DNA of 64,000 bases, taken from Eledone cirrhosa. Its lineage: Eukaryota. The stretch is taken from NCBI GenBank assembly GCA_964016885.1, contig OZ024740.1, positions 160,270,001 through 160,334,000 on the forward strand, given 5' to 3'. The notes beneath the pieces were generated by a model. It did no database searches. It worked only from the letters and a program-made list of their open reading frames with translations, and was not told where the DNA came from. The position numbers and the translations under genes were made by a program. Positions 14,368 to 27,880 of this stretch are shown here, in pieces. Positions within the stretch are counted from its first letter, which is position 1; the number at the start of each line of letters is the position of its first letter.

Positions 14368-15954
14368 GTTGATCATGAAAAAAATTAGGTAAAGTACTTT
14401 GGAGATGTAAATAGTGGACCTCTATCAATTGTTTGTTTCCAGTGGTACCTTACCCAATTTTCCAAACTATTATCCATAGTGATTGATTAATATTATGGTC
14501 ATTTGCATTGCTATGCACTCATTTTTTTAAATATACATTTAAGTATTTTTAATACTGACATTATACTTCTTTTCAACTATTTTATTTGCAACTAACTTCA
14601 ATCCTAATCTTTCTTTAGCTTGTCATTATAGTTTTATATATTTCATTAATTAAACTATAATAATTGAATAATTGTATGCACTAAAAACATAAATACATCT
14701 CGATGCACATATAGTTACCATTTCAGACATTCACATTAAATGTAATTATACCATAAGTTAATTATTAATAATTCATTTTTAGGCTAAGCTTCACAAAATT
14801 TTATCATGATCTTTCTAAGATTTTGTAGTTTAAATTCCATAAACATGTTTCTTTTACAGGAAAATTAAATACTTAGGAATATATTTCTATTCTGTTGTTT
14901 AACACTTTCATGAGAGTATTTCTTATGAAATATGCTATTTTAATTTATCAATGAAAAATTTGAAAGGATTTTTATGCTGGTATGGTTTGGATGGGTTATC
15001 ATGGTCCAAGGATAGACAGATGAAAGAGATCTCATCTTGCTCATATGTTCCATAATTAGTATGGTCTCTATGGCTGGATGACCTTATACACCTCCACCTT
15101 ATAAGGTGTATTGGGTGTGCTTTACCATGGCACAAGTACTACCACATTACATAGTGTATTATATCCATTTTATCATGGCACATCATTAACATCATTCATC
15201 ATTTCATTACTAAGATAGTAACTTAACATATGTTTCATCATCATTAGCATTTAAAGTACCAGTAATGTACTGGGTAATTGCTGGCCTTGTGCCTAAAGTA
15301 GAAACAATTATCATTTTAACATCCACTTTCCTTGCTAGCATGGGTTGGACGGATCTATACAGACCATGTCAGTACTGAAGCAGAGCCATTGATCACCCAG
15401 GCCGGCTTCTCTGTCTTGCTTATGTACAGTCTCATGGTTCTTTTATAAAATTATGTTGGAAGGTTTTGATTAAATAGGACCCCCTTTAAAATAGGTGATC
15501 CTGTTTGACAGAAACCAGGGGCAGTTTTCTGTGGGTTGGTATCAAGAGTTATTTTTGAATTGATTAGCATTTTCATCTCATGGACATCAGCTTTACAGTC
15601 AAATTTTCCCACTTCAGCATTTTTCTTTTTTATTGTTTAGTCAGAAAGGGTCACAGGTATTAGTTGGAGAGAAGAGTTAAAGTTATCCTCAAATCAGAGA
15701 CTTGGTAAAATCACTCCAAGTCCAGGAGGGGGTATTCAAGCAGGCAACAAATTAAGGCTTCAGTGGGATTTGAATGCAAAGCACAAAGCAAAGCATTTCA
15801 TTTGATACTGTAACATCCAGGACAGATATTTTACTTTATTACCCCTGAAGGGAAGAAAGGCAAAATTGAACTCAACACAATTTGAACTCAATGCACAGAG
15901 AGTCACAACAGATACTGCAAGGCATTTTCTTCAAAGCTTTAACAACTTACATAA

Positions 15955-16166
15955 CCCTTAAGCATTACATTATATTTACTATTGTATTTTTGCAGTAAAG
16001 GCTTTACTTCACATAATTATCTCACATATCTAATCAATGAGATTTTGATATTATTCATTTTGAGAACAATACCTTAACATTGGTTTGAGTGGATGGTTAC
16101 CGCCATTTTAAACAGAAAGAGATGAAAGAATTCTGGCTGGATACAGCCGGTTTAAATACTAAAGCG
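15955..16166 (-). mobile_element. TTAA-type MITE (piggyBac-like), same family as 27658-27880
   Basis: Reverse complement of 27658-27880; termini CCCTTAA and TAAAGCG|TTAA. Confidence 0.6.
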
Positions 16167-17189
16167 TTAATTCACCGCCTGTGGTTAGATGTGAGAATGA
16201 GATCTTCATATTAGATACTTTGAAGGGTGAGATGCAAGATAGTCAAATTTGATCATTTAAGAAATTGCTCAAGACACTCCCACTGAGAAACATATTAAAA
16301 TCCCTGAAATGATAAATTGAAAGCCTATATGATTATTTTGTACTATGGAAAAGATGGTAAATTTTAATACATTCATAGTAATGTTTACCATAGTTGCATA
16401 TCATATTGTAAAGTAATTTTGGCAGATAGTCTGAAATACCAAGGTGCAGTAGAGTTTGAAATAGATATTATAAGGCATCGGGTGTTTTAAATCCACCACC
16501 TTGAACTGGTATTTTGTTTCATTGATCCTGAAATGTACTGTTGATCTCAGCAGGATTTATACATCATTGCTCTTAGTAACTTTCATATGCAGAGCCTCAA
16601 TTTTTAAATTTAGAATTTCTATCTATGACAGCAGTTATATAACCCAAAAGCGATATTTTCTAATTTAGTTTAGTAAAATTTCTTTTATCAATAAAAGAAA
16701 ATACAAAATCCGGATAGACCCATATTTTTTGTAATATTTTAGGAAAAGAAATTGTGCAAATATTGTCAGTTTTACTTATTTGGAGCCTTCCTTCATTTAG
16801 TGTCGTCATATTTTTCTCTTCCCTTTTCCTTTTCTTCTTTTTTTGCCAAATGTAAAATTTAAAGAATTTTTGGATGATATAAAAAATAAGTCAAATAAAG
16901 AGAATGGAAAGATACATAGAAAATATTATTTGCTGAAATTAGGTGTATTTTCTAAATTTCTCAAAATGCTCTTATCTATTTAAATATCTAGCCATCCCTT
17001 CCTCTATCCCTCCATGTCTGGACATGCAAATAAGAGAAACAGTACTCAATACATGTAGTAAATTCCATTTATTTGAAAAAAGCTAATGATTAATTCTAAT
17101 ACTACTTAGAGTTTCTCACTATATGCAATTGCTCATCTATAAAACAAAGTGTTATTATTAATGAACTCTATCATATATATATATATATA

Positions 17190-17800
17190 TCATCATCATC
17201 ATCGTTTAACGTCCGTGTTCCATGCTTGCATGGGTTTGGACGGGAGTTTTCCCACTTGAGGCAAGAGTGGTTGTCTTGCTCGCATAGGACTGTCTGGCGG
17301 GTTTTCTACAGTTGGATGCCCTTCCTAACACCAACCACATTTACAGTGTGGGGCTGGGAGATTTTTACCGTGTTGCCTACACGGTCACATTACAGCGTGG
17401 ACTGTGTGTTTTTTTTGTCGTGACACCTACATGATCTCATTTGTTTCGGCCTGGATTTTGTGGCACCAACATAACTTTACATTGAAAGGGGCGGTGTGGA
17501 TGGGGTGGTGGTGGTGGGACGGGGGTGTATTTTGTTAGAGATGCCTACTGACTGTAGTAGGTTTTACTTTGTATTTAGGTAACGCGGGTCTTCTCTATTA
17601 CTGAGTACCGCCAAAGCTCTCGGTCCAGTGACATTGTCTTGGAGAGGTGTAAGTGTGTGAGGTCGGAATTTATCAGCTCGTCCCAGGTTTTTCTGGGTCT
17701 GCCTACTCCGTGGCTACCATCTATCTTTATTGCCCTGCACTTTGTTATACAGCTGTCGTCTTTCATGCGCATCACGTGACCATACCAACGTAGCCTTCTC
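17190..17800 (-). mobile_element. RTE 3' end, subfamily A
   Basis: RRLRWYGHVMRM...GVGRPRKTW...LDRELWR, a typical RTE C-terminus, followed by UTR and tail. Confidence 0.88.
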
Positions 17801-18039
17801 TTGAGTAAACAACATATATATAAGAGTTTTGTAGCTTGCTTGAAGCATTGTTGAATAGGATAATGGATTTTTAAACCCAAAAATATTTGGGATCATTAAA
17901 TTTGCTAAGGTAAGATTCTTTTGTTATCAGCGGCGGTGATGGTGATGGTGGTGGAAGATAGATAGATACATGCATTGATTATTCTAATTTGGCTTGTGTA
18001 GACACTTATATGTATATATTGTTGGACCTACATTAGTTC

Positions 18040-18295
18040 TGACAATGAATGTGCCAGTTGTTTGATCAACAGAATAGCCTGCTCACAAAATTATAGGGTA
18101 AGTGACTGAGTATTCTTTAATTCACAGGGTGAATCAGCATGACATAGTGTGTGACAAGGCTGGCTCATTTTTACCAACTTATTGAACTGGGACAATGTGA
18201 AATAAAGTCTCTTGTTGAAGGACACAACTTTCTACTGAAAACTATACCCATGATCTTGCAATCATGAGCTAAACAACCTAACCACTAATCCATGC
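18040..18295 (-). mobile_element. Old CORE-type tRNA SINE
   Basis: Minus strand GGCATGGATTAGTGGTTAGG...GTGTCCTTCAACAAGAGACTTTATTTCACATTG; similar to 57538-57790. Confidence 0.55.
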
Positions 18296-18359
18296 CGCTG
18301 TGTCTACTCTAGCACGGTCGCAGTCCAATGAGTAAACCAATCAAAAGTATAAAAGATGT

Positions 18360-18668
18360 GCAGAAAACAGTACAGCTCTCATGACTTTCAGAAACATTTT
18401 TTAACTCCCAGAGTTGCTGAAGCATAGACAAATTACCTGCATCAGTTTTTGGCTGTTGGAGGACTCCATCCTTCAAAACTACCATGCTTCCCGAAATTCG
18501 CCGACGTTACACCTGATATTCCCCCTCCATAGGAGCATGCATGTATCTGTGTGTATATCATGACTCACTTTTCTGACATTTGTACATTATTCTATGTACT
18601 ATACATGCACCTTTGATGAGTTCTAGTGCACATGAGCGCTGTACACAATAATTTTCATTATTATTATA
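18360..18668 (+). mobile_element. CR1-group LINE 3' end
   Basis: Matches 52330-52640 (DFQKHFF..RVAEA..KLPAS plus UTR and (ATT)n). Confidence 0.75.
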
Positions 18669-18669
18669 A

Positions 18670-18868
18670 TGGCGGTGGATTGGCAGTATTGGTAGAGAGT
18701 CGGACGCCATGCTTTGGCGCATAGAGTTACGGCCCTTGCCATTCTGAGTTCAAATCCCGCTGAGGTTAACTTTGCTTTTCATCCTTACTGGGTCGATAAA
18801 ATAAAGTACCAGTAATGCACTGGCTAATTGCTGGCCTTGTGCCTAAAGTAGAAACAATTATTATTATA
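18670..18868 (+). mobile_element. SINE family 1, full length
   Basis: Boxes A and B, central domain and (ATT)n tail; inserted in the CR1 tail. Confidence 0.88.
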
Positions 18869-19429
18869 TATCAATATATATAATTATGAAACAAAGCATA
18901 TTGAATAGAATGGACACAGTTTTCTCACTCACTCAATAATTCAATTAATAAAATACAAACTCAACCAATCAAAGTGTACACTTATACGTTAATCAATGAG
19001 GACAACGACTTCATATGGGTAGGAAATTAGAGTTATCCAGACCGATGCACAAATTTCTATGATTCTGATCTGCCAGCAGTAGTCCGAATGACACAACCAT
19101 GTGCAGAAATTAGGTAATGGTAGTATACAGTGTGTAAGTTAACAGGAACCATAGCTTCAGCATGCATTTGCTTCCCCAGAATGGAAAGGTCCATTTTACC
19201 AGCTAGTACATCACGCTGATGGACATCAGCAAGTGTAGTAGTAAACCTCAACTTTCAGTGACACATGACTTCACATCAAAGAGGAGGTAAGCCAGGCCTG
19301 ACAATTTACAGGGAACACACGCTGGCATAAATTCAAATTTAAAAAATTAACATGTCTGAAGTACTCAATCAGGGTTTCTTATAGAGAAAACAGACATATA
19401 TATATATGTGGGACCACCCAGTTCCACGG

Positions 19430-19710
19430 TTCTGCTATGGGTAGGTCCACCCAGCTCCCAAATATGGATTCGCTTATGAGCAGGTTATGGCACAGCCAAC
19501 TGGCCAGACCCCTTCTATAATGGGACCACCCAATTCCACACTGTCAATGTTGTTAGTGTTAGGAAGGGCATCCAGCTGTAAAAATCAGACCAAAATACAG
19601 TCCTGTTTGAGCAAGGTACAGCGCAGCCAAATGGTCTGACTTGCCTCATAGCTTCGATGACCCATCTGATCCATGCAAGCATGGAAAATAAGACATTGAA
19701 TGGTGATGAT
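19430..19710 (+). mobile_element. RTE-related 3' UTR or SINE tail with an internal duplication
   Basis: GTGTTAGGAAGGGCATCCAGCTGTAAAA...CCATGCAAGCATGGAAAA..GACATT with a (GAT) tail. Confidence 0.55.
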
Positions 19711-19918
19711 ATATATATATAGAGAGAGAGGGAGAGGGGGGGGGGACTCACACATATATTGATGATAATAAACAGGCAGTTATTTTCTATCAATGTTGAA
19801 AATATCTAGACTGAAAAAAAGAAAAGAAAAAGAATAATCTCAAAATGAGATCACCATCTCTCAATTACATTTCTGAAACATTGAGAATAGTAAATTCGTT
19901 CAGATTATATATACAAAT

Positions 19919-19951
<33 letters not shown>

Positions 19952-20374
19952 CATCCTCTCTTTTTTGCTCTTTTCTTTATTTTTCTTTACTAACTACTGT
20001 GAAAATGTCAAAGTTTAATTAAATTTACTAAATAAGAACAGGTACACACAGTAGGGTGTTTATCAGGAATATCATCCTTCTTAACTTTACTTTTCTATAC
20101 TATTTTTTTTAGTGGAAAATATCCTTTTAGCATTTTCAAGTGGGAAGAAAAATCTGCAAATCTGGTCACAGAATCAACTATAATATGTTGTGTGCATTTG
20201 TTTATCTATTTACATACATCTCCAGCTACAACTCTATGTACATACACATACACACAAACCATTTTCTATCTCAATCATTTTGCTGCAATAAGTTCTCTTT
20301 CCTGTTCACACAATCCAATTTCTAATCCTACATTTTTCCTGTAAATAGTTATTTTTACAAATCTACTCATATAT

Positions 20375-22155
20375 CCAGAAAGGTGGGATTCCAGGTTTTT
20401 CTGCTTGTATGGAACAGATGGATATCCTCAGCCAGATGATCTGTGAGACCAAGAAAAGCAAGTGTGACCTGACAGTGGTCTGACTGGATTTAGCCAACAC
20501 AAATAGATAAATCTCTCATGCCCTCATACAAATAGCCCTAGATCATTATCATATCACTCATCGCATCAAGGGAATGATCTCCAGCTATTTTGGAGGTTTC
20601 CAATTGCTCTTCAAAACAGCCCATTTTAAAAATAAGTGGCAGGAGCTGGAAAAAAAGAATTGTAAATGGTTGCACAATCTCCCCCATTCTCTTCCTCATG
20701 GGAATGAACTTCCTTATAATGGCTGCTAAGAAAGGATCCCAGGGACCAAATATGTTATATGGAGTCCAGCAACACATAATAAGAGGTTTCAAGGATGATC
20801 TCACTGTGACAACCACAACCCAGGATGAGATGAGACAGGTGTTTGACCATGTGGCAACATGGGCAAGTTTGAGGTTTAAGCCAAGGAAATCCAGAACCAT
20901 TGTGATCAGGAAAGGTAGAGTGATAGAGAAGGGCAGATTGCATGTGCAAAGGGAGGTTGTTCCACCAATTCAGGGAACCTGAATAAAATGCCTTGAGAAG
21001 TGGTTTGGTGACTCACTTTCTGACAGGAACAATATCACCAATACAGAAGGGCAGACAGAGGAATAGCTGAGAAGAAATGAGAAATCAGGGCTCCAAGAGA
21101 AATATGCAAGTATGGCCTGTTGCCAAGACCCATGTGGCTGCTAACCATGTATGATGTTGTTATGTTAAGGGTGGAGAGAGTGGAGTGGAAGATCAACAAT
21201 TAAATACCTCCAACGGTGGTTGAGAATCCCTCCAAGCTTCACTAAAGTTGGCCTCTACATAAGATCAGAACAGTTCCAGCTTCCTGTCATCTGTAATGGA
21301 GGAATTTAAGGTGGCAAAGTGCAGTATGACGATGATGTTTAAAGATTCGCAGGATGCACAAGTCAAAGATGCAGGTGTCACTTTAAGATCAGGATGCAAA
21401 TGGGCAGCTGACACTTCTGTCATACAAGCAGAAAGTATGCTGAAGCTACAAGACATCATAAGAATAACATCAATGGGAATAGGTCTTGGAACTATCCATT
21501 TCCAACTATGGGGAAAAACAGACAAAAAGGAGTTGAGAGCCATGATCCAAAAATGTGCGGCACCAGGAGGAGTAAGGAGGAAAATCAAGAGCTGTGGAAC
21601 TAGCATCTCAGGGAGCCATGACTAAATAAAACTTCCCCAAAAGGAAGATTACTTGGGCAGATTTATGGGGATCTGAACCTTTCAAAATCTTCTTCCTGTT
21701 GCAATTGGTTTATAATATGCTACTGAACCCAACAACTTTGCACAGGTTGGGCATGATTGAGGATGAATAAAGGGGCACCATAACACACATTTTCTCAGGG
21801 TGTAAAACACCTCTTGCCCGTCATATAGAGTTGCCACGATAAAGTCCTCATGGTGCTTGCCAACACTCAGGACCAAGAGTGACACAGAGAACAATGATCA
21901 CAGAGGAAAGTCACACTATCAATCAGGTTTGTGAAAGAGAGAGAGAATCCATTTATCATAGTTAGAACAAAATGGGGCCTAATACAAAAAGGTTGATCTC
22001 GGAGTTAGGTTGCAGTTCCTCCAGGTTGTTCAAACATCCTTGAGGTAAGATGTAGTAATTTGCTCAGAAAGGATAAAAAAGATAATCCTGATTGAACTCA
22101 CTGTCCTCTGGAAAGAAGTGTGTGACAACGTCTTTGCGTGAAAGCATGCCAAGTG
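20375..22155 (+). mobile_element. Decayed HERO-clade (RT plus restriction-like endonuclease) non-LTR retrotransposon
   Basis: QKGGIPGFS..., GCTISPILFLMGMN, RGFKDDLTVTT, WASLRFKPRKSR, EEFKVAK and a terminal KKIILIELTVLW..C...KHAK motif; many stops and frameshifts. Confidence 0.75.
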
Positions 22156-22699
22156 GGGCCCCAGCATGGCCACAGTCTAATGACTGAAACCAGTAAAATA
22201 ATAAAAGAATAATTGTTTATCATTCTTTTGTCATTAAAAAAAATAGCACAACATTCTCACAGGCAACCACGTAAAATCACATTATTGTTCGGTAGAAAAG
22301 TTTTGATGTTTAAAATGATAATCATTTTTACTAAAGTCTTTTCCTTCTGTAGCCGTAATAATTCTAGTATTTACCGTGGAGTTCTGCTTTAACTTAATTA
22401 CTTCAAACAATCATATACACTTCAAAAAAAGTTATATCTCCCTTACAGGAATAAACATCTGCATAAGTTTAGATTTACAGACTTATATATATTTCTTTGT
22501 GCCTACTGTTTAAAGCTTTCATATCCATAGATAATAATCCAATTTACATGGAGCTCAATGCTGAATTTTTTTAAATATCATTTTCTGTCTATTTATCTGC
22601 AAGATTTCATATGGTTATATATGAATTTACAGTGACCATTTATTTTTGTTCTCTCAAAATGGAAATATATGTATATTTCAAAATATATAACAATAATAA

Positions 22700-23170
22700 T
22701 AAATATGAACATCAACCAGAGGGTGTAGATGCGAATGATTACTTAAACATATTATGAGACATGACTATAAAGTGTGACAATATAACAGCAAGGAGATCTT
22801 ACATAGTTTTGATGGAAAATTAGAGAGTTTATGTCGAATTATTGATATCGCCATTCACAGAGATAATACGACCCACCCAAAAGAAACAAAGAAAATTGAC
22901 AAATTAACAGGACCTCAGAATTGAGGTTCAAAAATATGGAACATGAGAAAGGTTGAGTTCATAGCAATAGTGATACGTATTCTTGGTTGTGTGACCAAGA
23001 TCTTAGAAAAATGGATAGACAAACATGGGATCCAGGCAAAAGTATTATTCCTCCAGAAAGTGACACTCTTAGGAAATGCTAGAATTTTGAGAGGGGTGAT
23101 AGGAACATAAACCCAAGGAAATAATAACCAAGGGCCCCTAGGTCATTAGTTATGAACTGTCCTCTTGGTT
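22700..23170 (+). mobile_element. R4/Dong-like REL endonuclease 3' fragment
   Basis: IIDIAI...KVEFIAIVIRILGCV...LQKVTLLGNARILR. Confidence 0.6.
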
Positions 23171-23221
23171 TAGTAATGTAGAAAAAGAACAGCTTGAGAA
23201 AGAAGAAATAATAATTCTAGG

Positions 23222-23640
23222 AGTCTCACTCCTCCTTCATTTCTTGAGTTATAACTATAACCACTGTGAACTCCAACAAATTAATCCTGATACTGTCCAG
23301 CATGTCCATTGAAGCTACCTGTCAAGATGATGAGGTCTCTTTCATAAGTAACTGAGGTTGTCGGTAAAAGTTCCTCAGATAATCTGTCTTTTTGTTCTTT
23401 CTTCAGTCCTTCCTGTGGTGCATAGTTAGATGTAATTATCACCATTCTATTTCCTACAGCTATTCTCAACTTGATAATTCTGTTGCTCTAACTACCTCTA
23501 TCACCTTATCTATCCATTTCTCAACAAGTAGAATACCTACACTGCCTACCCCATCGTCATTTCCTGCCCAATAAAATTTGTATCTATGTTGTTTGCCTGT
23601 GAGCAGTCTTGCTGAGACACCCTCCATCTCACCTCTTATA
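23222..23640 (-). mobile_element. RTE APE endonuclease fragment
   Basis: FYWAGNDDGVGSVGIL, ITSNYAPQEG, GSFNGHAG. Confidence 0.75.
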
Positions 23641-23652
23641 TACACTATACAC

Positions 23653-24265
23653 TGTAGCGAAGCGACACCTGTGGTGTGATAGCTCTGACGTCACAAACGG
23701 ACATCATAAAAATAACACAGACACTCCGTCAAAGAAATGCAGAGCGATGACAAACACGCACCAGCCATTCGTATTCTTCTGAATATTTTTGCAAGTCATA
23801 CATACACAAATACACATCGTCTAAAGTGGTTGGGTTGACCCCGATTATGCATTACACAGCATTCTAAAAAAACTTTGAAAAACTTCTAAAAGACTTCTAA
23901 AAACTTCTTGAGAAACAAAGAAAAAAAAAAAAATTGACGAAACTAATATTTTATTTCTTGCAACTATGCGGAAATAACAAAATTGAAAATTGTTCGTTTA
24001 ACACAAAAATAAATTCACAATGGCTGACTGGTCTACCAATTCTCCCTGGCCGAATTATTGTATGGTGCTCCTCTAGCATTACCTGGGCAAATTATTGCCC
24101 CTGTCGATTTTCTTGCACAAGATCTGCTTTCCTACGTATCCCGTCTACGCTCTTATTTTCAGGACCTACCGCTGATGGATACGAGGAAACAAACTGTAAA
24201 ATCTGCAGTCCCGAGGGATATTGCCTCATGGACCCACAAATACACAAATACACATCGTCTAAACA
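23653..24265 (+). mobile_element. Gypsy-type LTR retrotransposon relic (putative LTR 23653-23856 plus integrase C-terminal fragment about 24040-24237)
   Basis: TGTA...TACA termini. AELLYGAPLALPGQII..YVSRLRSYF..VPRDIASWTH resembles a gypsy integrase tail. A 22-nt LTR piece (ACACAAATACACATCGTCTAAA) recurs at about 24242. Confidence 0.6.
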
Positions 24266-25807
24266 ACTATTTCTCTTCTCTCTTACAGTTCTGCAATTTC
24301 ACCTGATTTACATTTCAGAGTGCCAACATTGAAAGTGGCAGTCATGTGATTTGTAACTTGACAGTGGTTAGTTACTTGAATAAAAGTTCTTTGTTCCTGA
24401 AAGAGAAAAAATACTGTGTGATTGCTTGATGACAATCAAGAGGTTCTCATAGATGGCTACTCTACCCACCACTCTACCATGCCCAGGACTAACATGACTA
24501 GTGTTAGCCCTGTATACATAATCGTTGTGCTCCATATTTTTGGCAGGGTTCTTTATAATTGGATGTCCTTTTTACCACCGACCACTTTATAGCTTGGTCT
24601 AGGTGTGTTATTCATGTTACTAGCACTAGAGAGGTTGTCATACTGGATTCGAGAGTCCTCACCATTCTATATCTGTTTTATTTCAGTGTCTAGTCTCCTA
24701 CACAGGTTGCCTTCACTGTAGCTTATAGAGTATACGTCTTCCAGTATAGAAAATATGTGATGGGTTCTAACTCCTAGTAGAAAGCAAGAGTGAAGCAAGA
24801 AAGTAATATTGAGGAAATATCGACCCCAGTATTTTACCTTTCATCCTTTCAAGATCAGTAAAATCTTCATTTTATTGACCTTGAAAGACAAATTTGACAT
24901 CAATGGGATTTGAACTCAGAGCAGAGACAACTGAAACAAATAAAGTATTCCTTCTGGCAACCTAACAACTCTAGCACTTCACTATCTATGTGGAAAAAAT
25001 GGAATGAAATGACATTGGTGAGGATGATTGAATTGGCTATTTTTGGTTTAAAATAATTTTAGTGAAGAATATTCGAAGTGTAGTGTTACATTTGAACACA
25101 ATTTTAATATTATGATGTTTTGCAAACTTCTCTAAGTTCTTGTCAGCGAGATTGTTGCTGTAAGGTGAACACACAATGGGGTTTGGTTTTGTTATTGAGA
25201 TTGACTGCAGGCCTAATATGATGGATTGTACATTTGATTTTTCAGGAAATTACTGTTTTAGGTAATTTGTTTCTTGTTTATAAGCCTGATGGCAAGGCTA
25301 AACACATATGATCTACAGATCAAGTTCCCAGAAGAAGGAAAATAAATTAAGAGATATATATAAAAAAAAAAAACAATCAAGGGATTTAGAATAATTCAAG
25401 AGATGGTAGAGAGAGAGAACAGGAAAATTATGGGTAAACGTAAAGATATGAAAGAAGAGATGACATACTGGTGAAAGAGAAACGGAGATTGTAAAGAAAA
25501 TTGTGATTGAAGGGTTGCACATTTTTTTTTTTTTTCTTATGTATACTTTATGACAGAGAAAGTGGATTAATGAAAGTAGGAGTGGTAAGAAAAGCATAAG
25601 GAGAACAGAAGAAATATTGTATGAAAAAGTAAAGCAAAGAGATAGATAAATAAATAGAATTCGAGTTTGATTTTAATATTTTTGATAGGGCTTAGTTAAG
25701 CAAATAAAGGTGGTTTCCATGATCATTTTGGAAGACTTTCATGACTGGTTGTTGACAGAAAATCAGAGACTTGGCCTGAATGTTTGCATCTGAATGGACC
25801 TAATTAA

Positions 25808-25998
25808 TCCTTTCTTGACAATATTCCTAATGAAATGCACAGTATATTAATTAATTAATTACTGAAGAATTTAAAGGTATTAACAAAAATTATTTCAATT
25901 ATTAAGGTGGTATTACTAACATAAGCAAAGATTCTTATAAAACATTATGTTGGAAGCATTCAAAATGGAACCATTTAAAATAGGAGAGGTTGAAAGGG
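25808..25998. mobile_element. TTAA-flanked MITE
   Basis: TTAA|TCCTTTC...GAAAGGG|TTAA. Confidence 0.5.
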
Positions 25999-27657
25999 TT
26001 AAAGGCACCCATGGCCCAGGGAAGGTGTTGTAAACAAAATGCCCTATGCTCTAAATTCTATTATCCAGTTTAACCTATAATTTTAAAATAATTTTGTAAA
26101 TAATCAAATATTTGAAGGGATATAGTAATATACCCAGCTTTCTCAATATTAAGTCGGTACTTCGAAAATGACAAAGATTTATAAAGTTATGATGTGAGGT
26201 TTAAGGAGATATTTCTTACTTTTTAACCTGATGAGGTTGTAAGGGTACTGCAGTGTTGACAGCATTTGTTGGGCATTTTTTAAAAACATGGGAAAGCCCA
26301 TCCATTCTCCATGTCTGAACAGAGCCTATTTCGTCCAGAGAAGGAGAGAGAGTGAGAAAGAAGTGAGAAAGAGATACAGAGGAAGAAATGACCCCAGTAT
26401 TGGACTGGTCCTTTTTATCCACCTTGAAAGTATGAAAAGCAAAGTTGACCTCAATGGGATTCGAACTCAGAGTGCAGAGAACTTGAACAAATACTGCAAA
26501 GTATTCTATCTGTTGTTCTAATAACTCTACACATTTACTAACTTAAGCAGTTTGGTATCAAAATGAATCAGACCATCACTTGGTCTTTAGGTGAGCTTAG
26601 TAGAAATCACTATGCTGCAAGCATTCAGGCCAAGTCTTTAGTTTAAGGATAACATTCTCCTTTCCTCATACCACTCTTGGAGACTTTGTAAAAAAAAGAA
26701 AAATATTCATGGTTGCTTCCATTTATTTCCTGACTAAATCAGGAAGAAAAACAAACAAACACACACGCATACACACACAAAAGGAAAATAACAGACTGAG
26801 TTGAACATATATATAGGAATACCACAGTAGCAAGACATTCTTGAAAAGGACAAAATAGCATCATAACTGCATTATATTAGAAATTAATCTTTTCTTTATT
26901 TTACTGCAAATTTCCACTTGTAAAGATACAATAAACATTTGATTTAACAAACTTAATTTTAGATATTTTCTGCTAAATTATTACCATGTTCAATTTCACA
27001 TACAAGGCTTGTGTATTGACCTAAAGCTTGAGGTGTTACATTGATAAGTCAAACTCACTATCTTGTGACTGCAAAGCAAACTTCTTTACCAGACAGATGG
27101 ATGATTTATGAAAAAGAAATATATGTAAATAGTTGAAAAATAAGTAAGTGAAGAATAAAGGAGAGGGAGAAGGCATTTGAATGAATTTGACTTAATTAAA
27201 GTGAATAGGAAGATGGAAATGAGACAAGTGGGAAATCAAATGACTGAAGTGAATAATGAAGAAACGGGACTCCATATATTATACTGATGATGTGAGTGAC
27301 AAATAAAGTTATGTATTATTAACAGAGCTAACCATGAGAAATTAATTAACTCTTTAGATACCAACCCACCTGAGATCACCTAAGGTTTTCTAATACAAAA
27401 CCGCTTTTTTTTTTATGTGTTCATATTCAAAACCAAAGCCTTCCATCATAATTTTTATATAAGAATCTTTTGTTAAGTTGTGTTCTGATCTGTTCGTCAT
27501 GATTTTTGTATAAGAACATTTCTTTATATTATGTTCTAAACCTTCCATCCTCCTCACATCTTCTCTACCATTGTTGCTTGAGTTCGATGTAGTGTTTTGA
27601 AGTAGTATTTTATGACCAGATGCTTTCCCTGAAGTTAACTTTTTGTTTTGTTTTTAA

Positions 27658-27880
27658 CCCTTTAGCATTTAAACCGGCTGAATCTGGCCAGAATTCTCTC
27701 ATCTCTTTTTGTTCAAACCGGCTGTAACTGGCTACACATATGTTAACGTATTGTTCTGAAAATAAATAATATCAAAATCTCATAGATTCTATATTATAAT
27801 TTTGTGAGATGATTTTGTGAGGTAATGCCTTTACTGTGAAAATACAATAGTAAATATAGAGTAATGTAAATTTTAAAGGG
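27658..27880 (+). mobile_element. TTAA-type MITE (piggyBac-like)
   Basis: TTAA|CCCTTTAGCATTTA...TAAATTTTAAAGGG|TTGA; second copy at 15955-16166. Confidence 0.65.

Noticed and set aside
19030-19320. Unique, balanced-composition segment that might be a host exon
   Set aside because: Weak acceptor, no recognisable protein and no partner exons; needs RNA-seq.
26225-27310. Isolated CTGATGA words at about 26229 and 27284
   Set aside because: No stem II or GAAA in register; chance matches.
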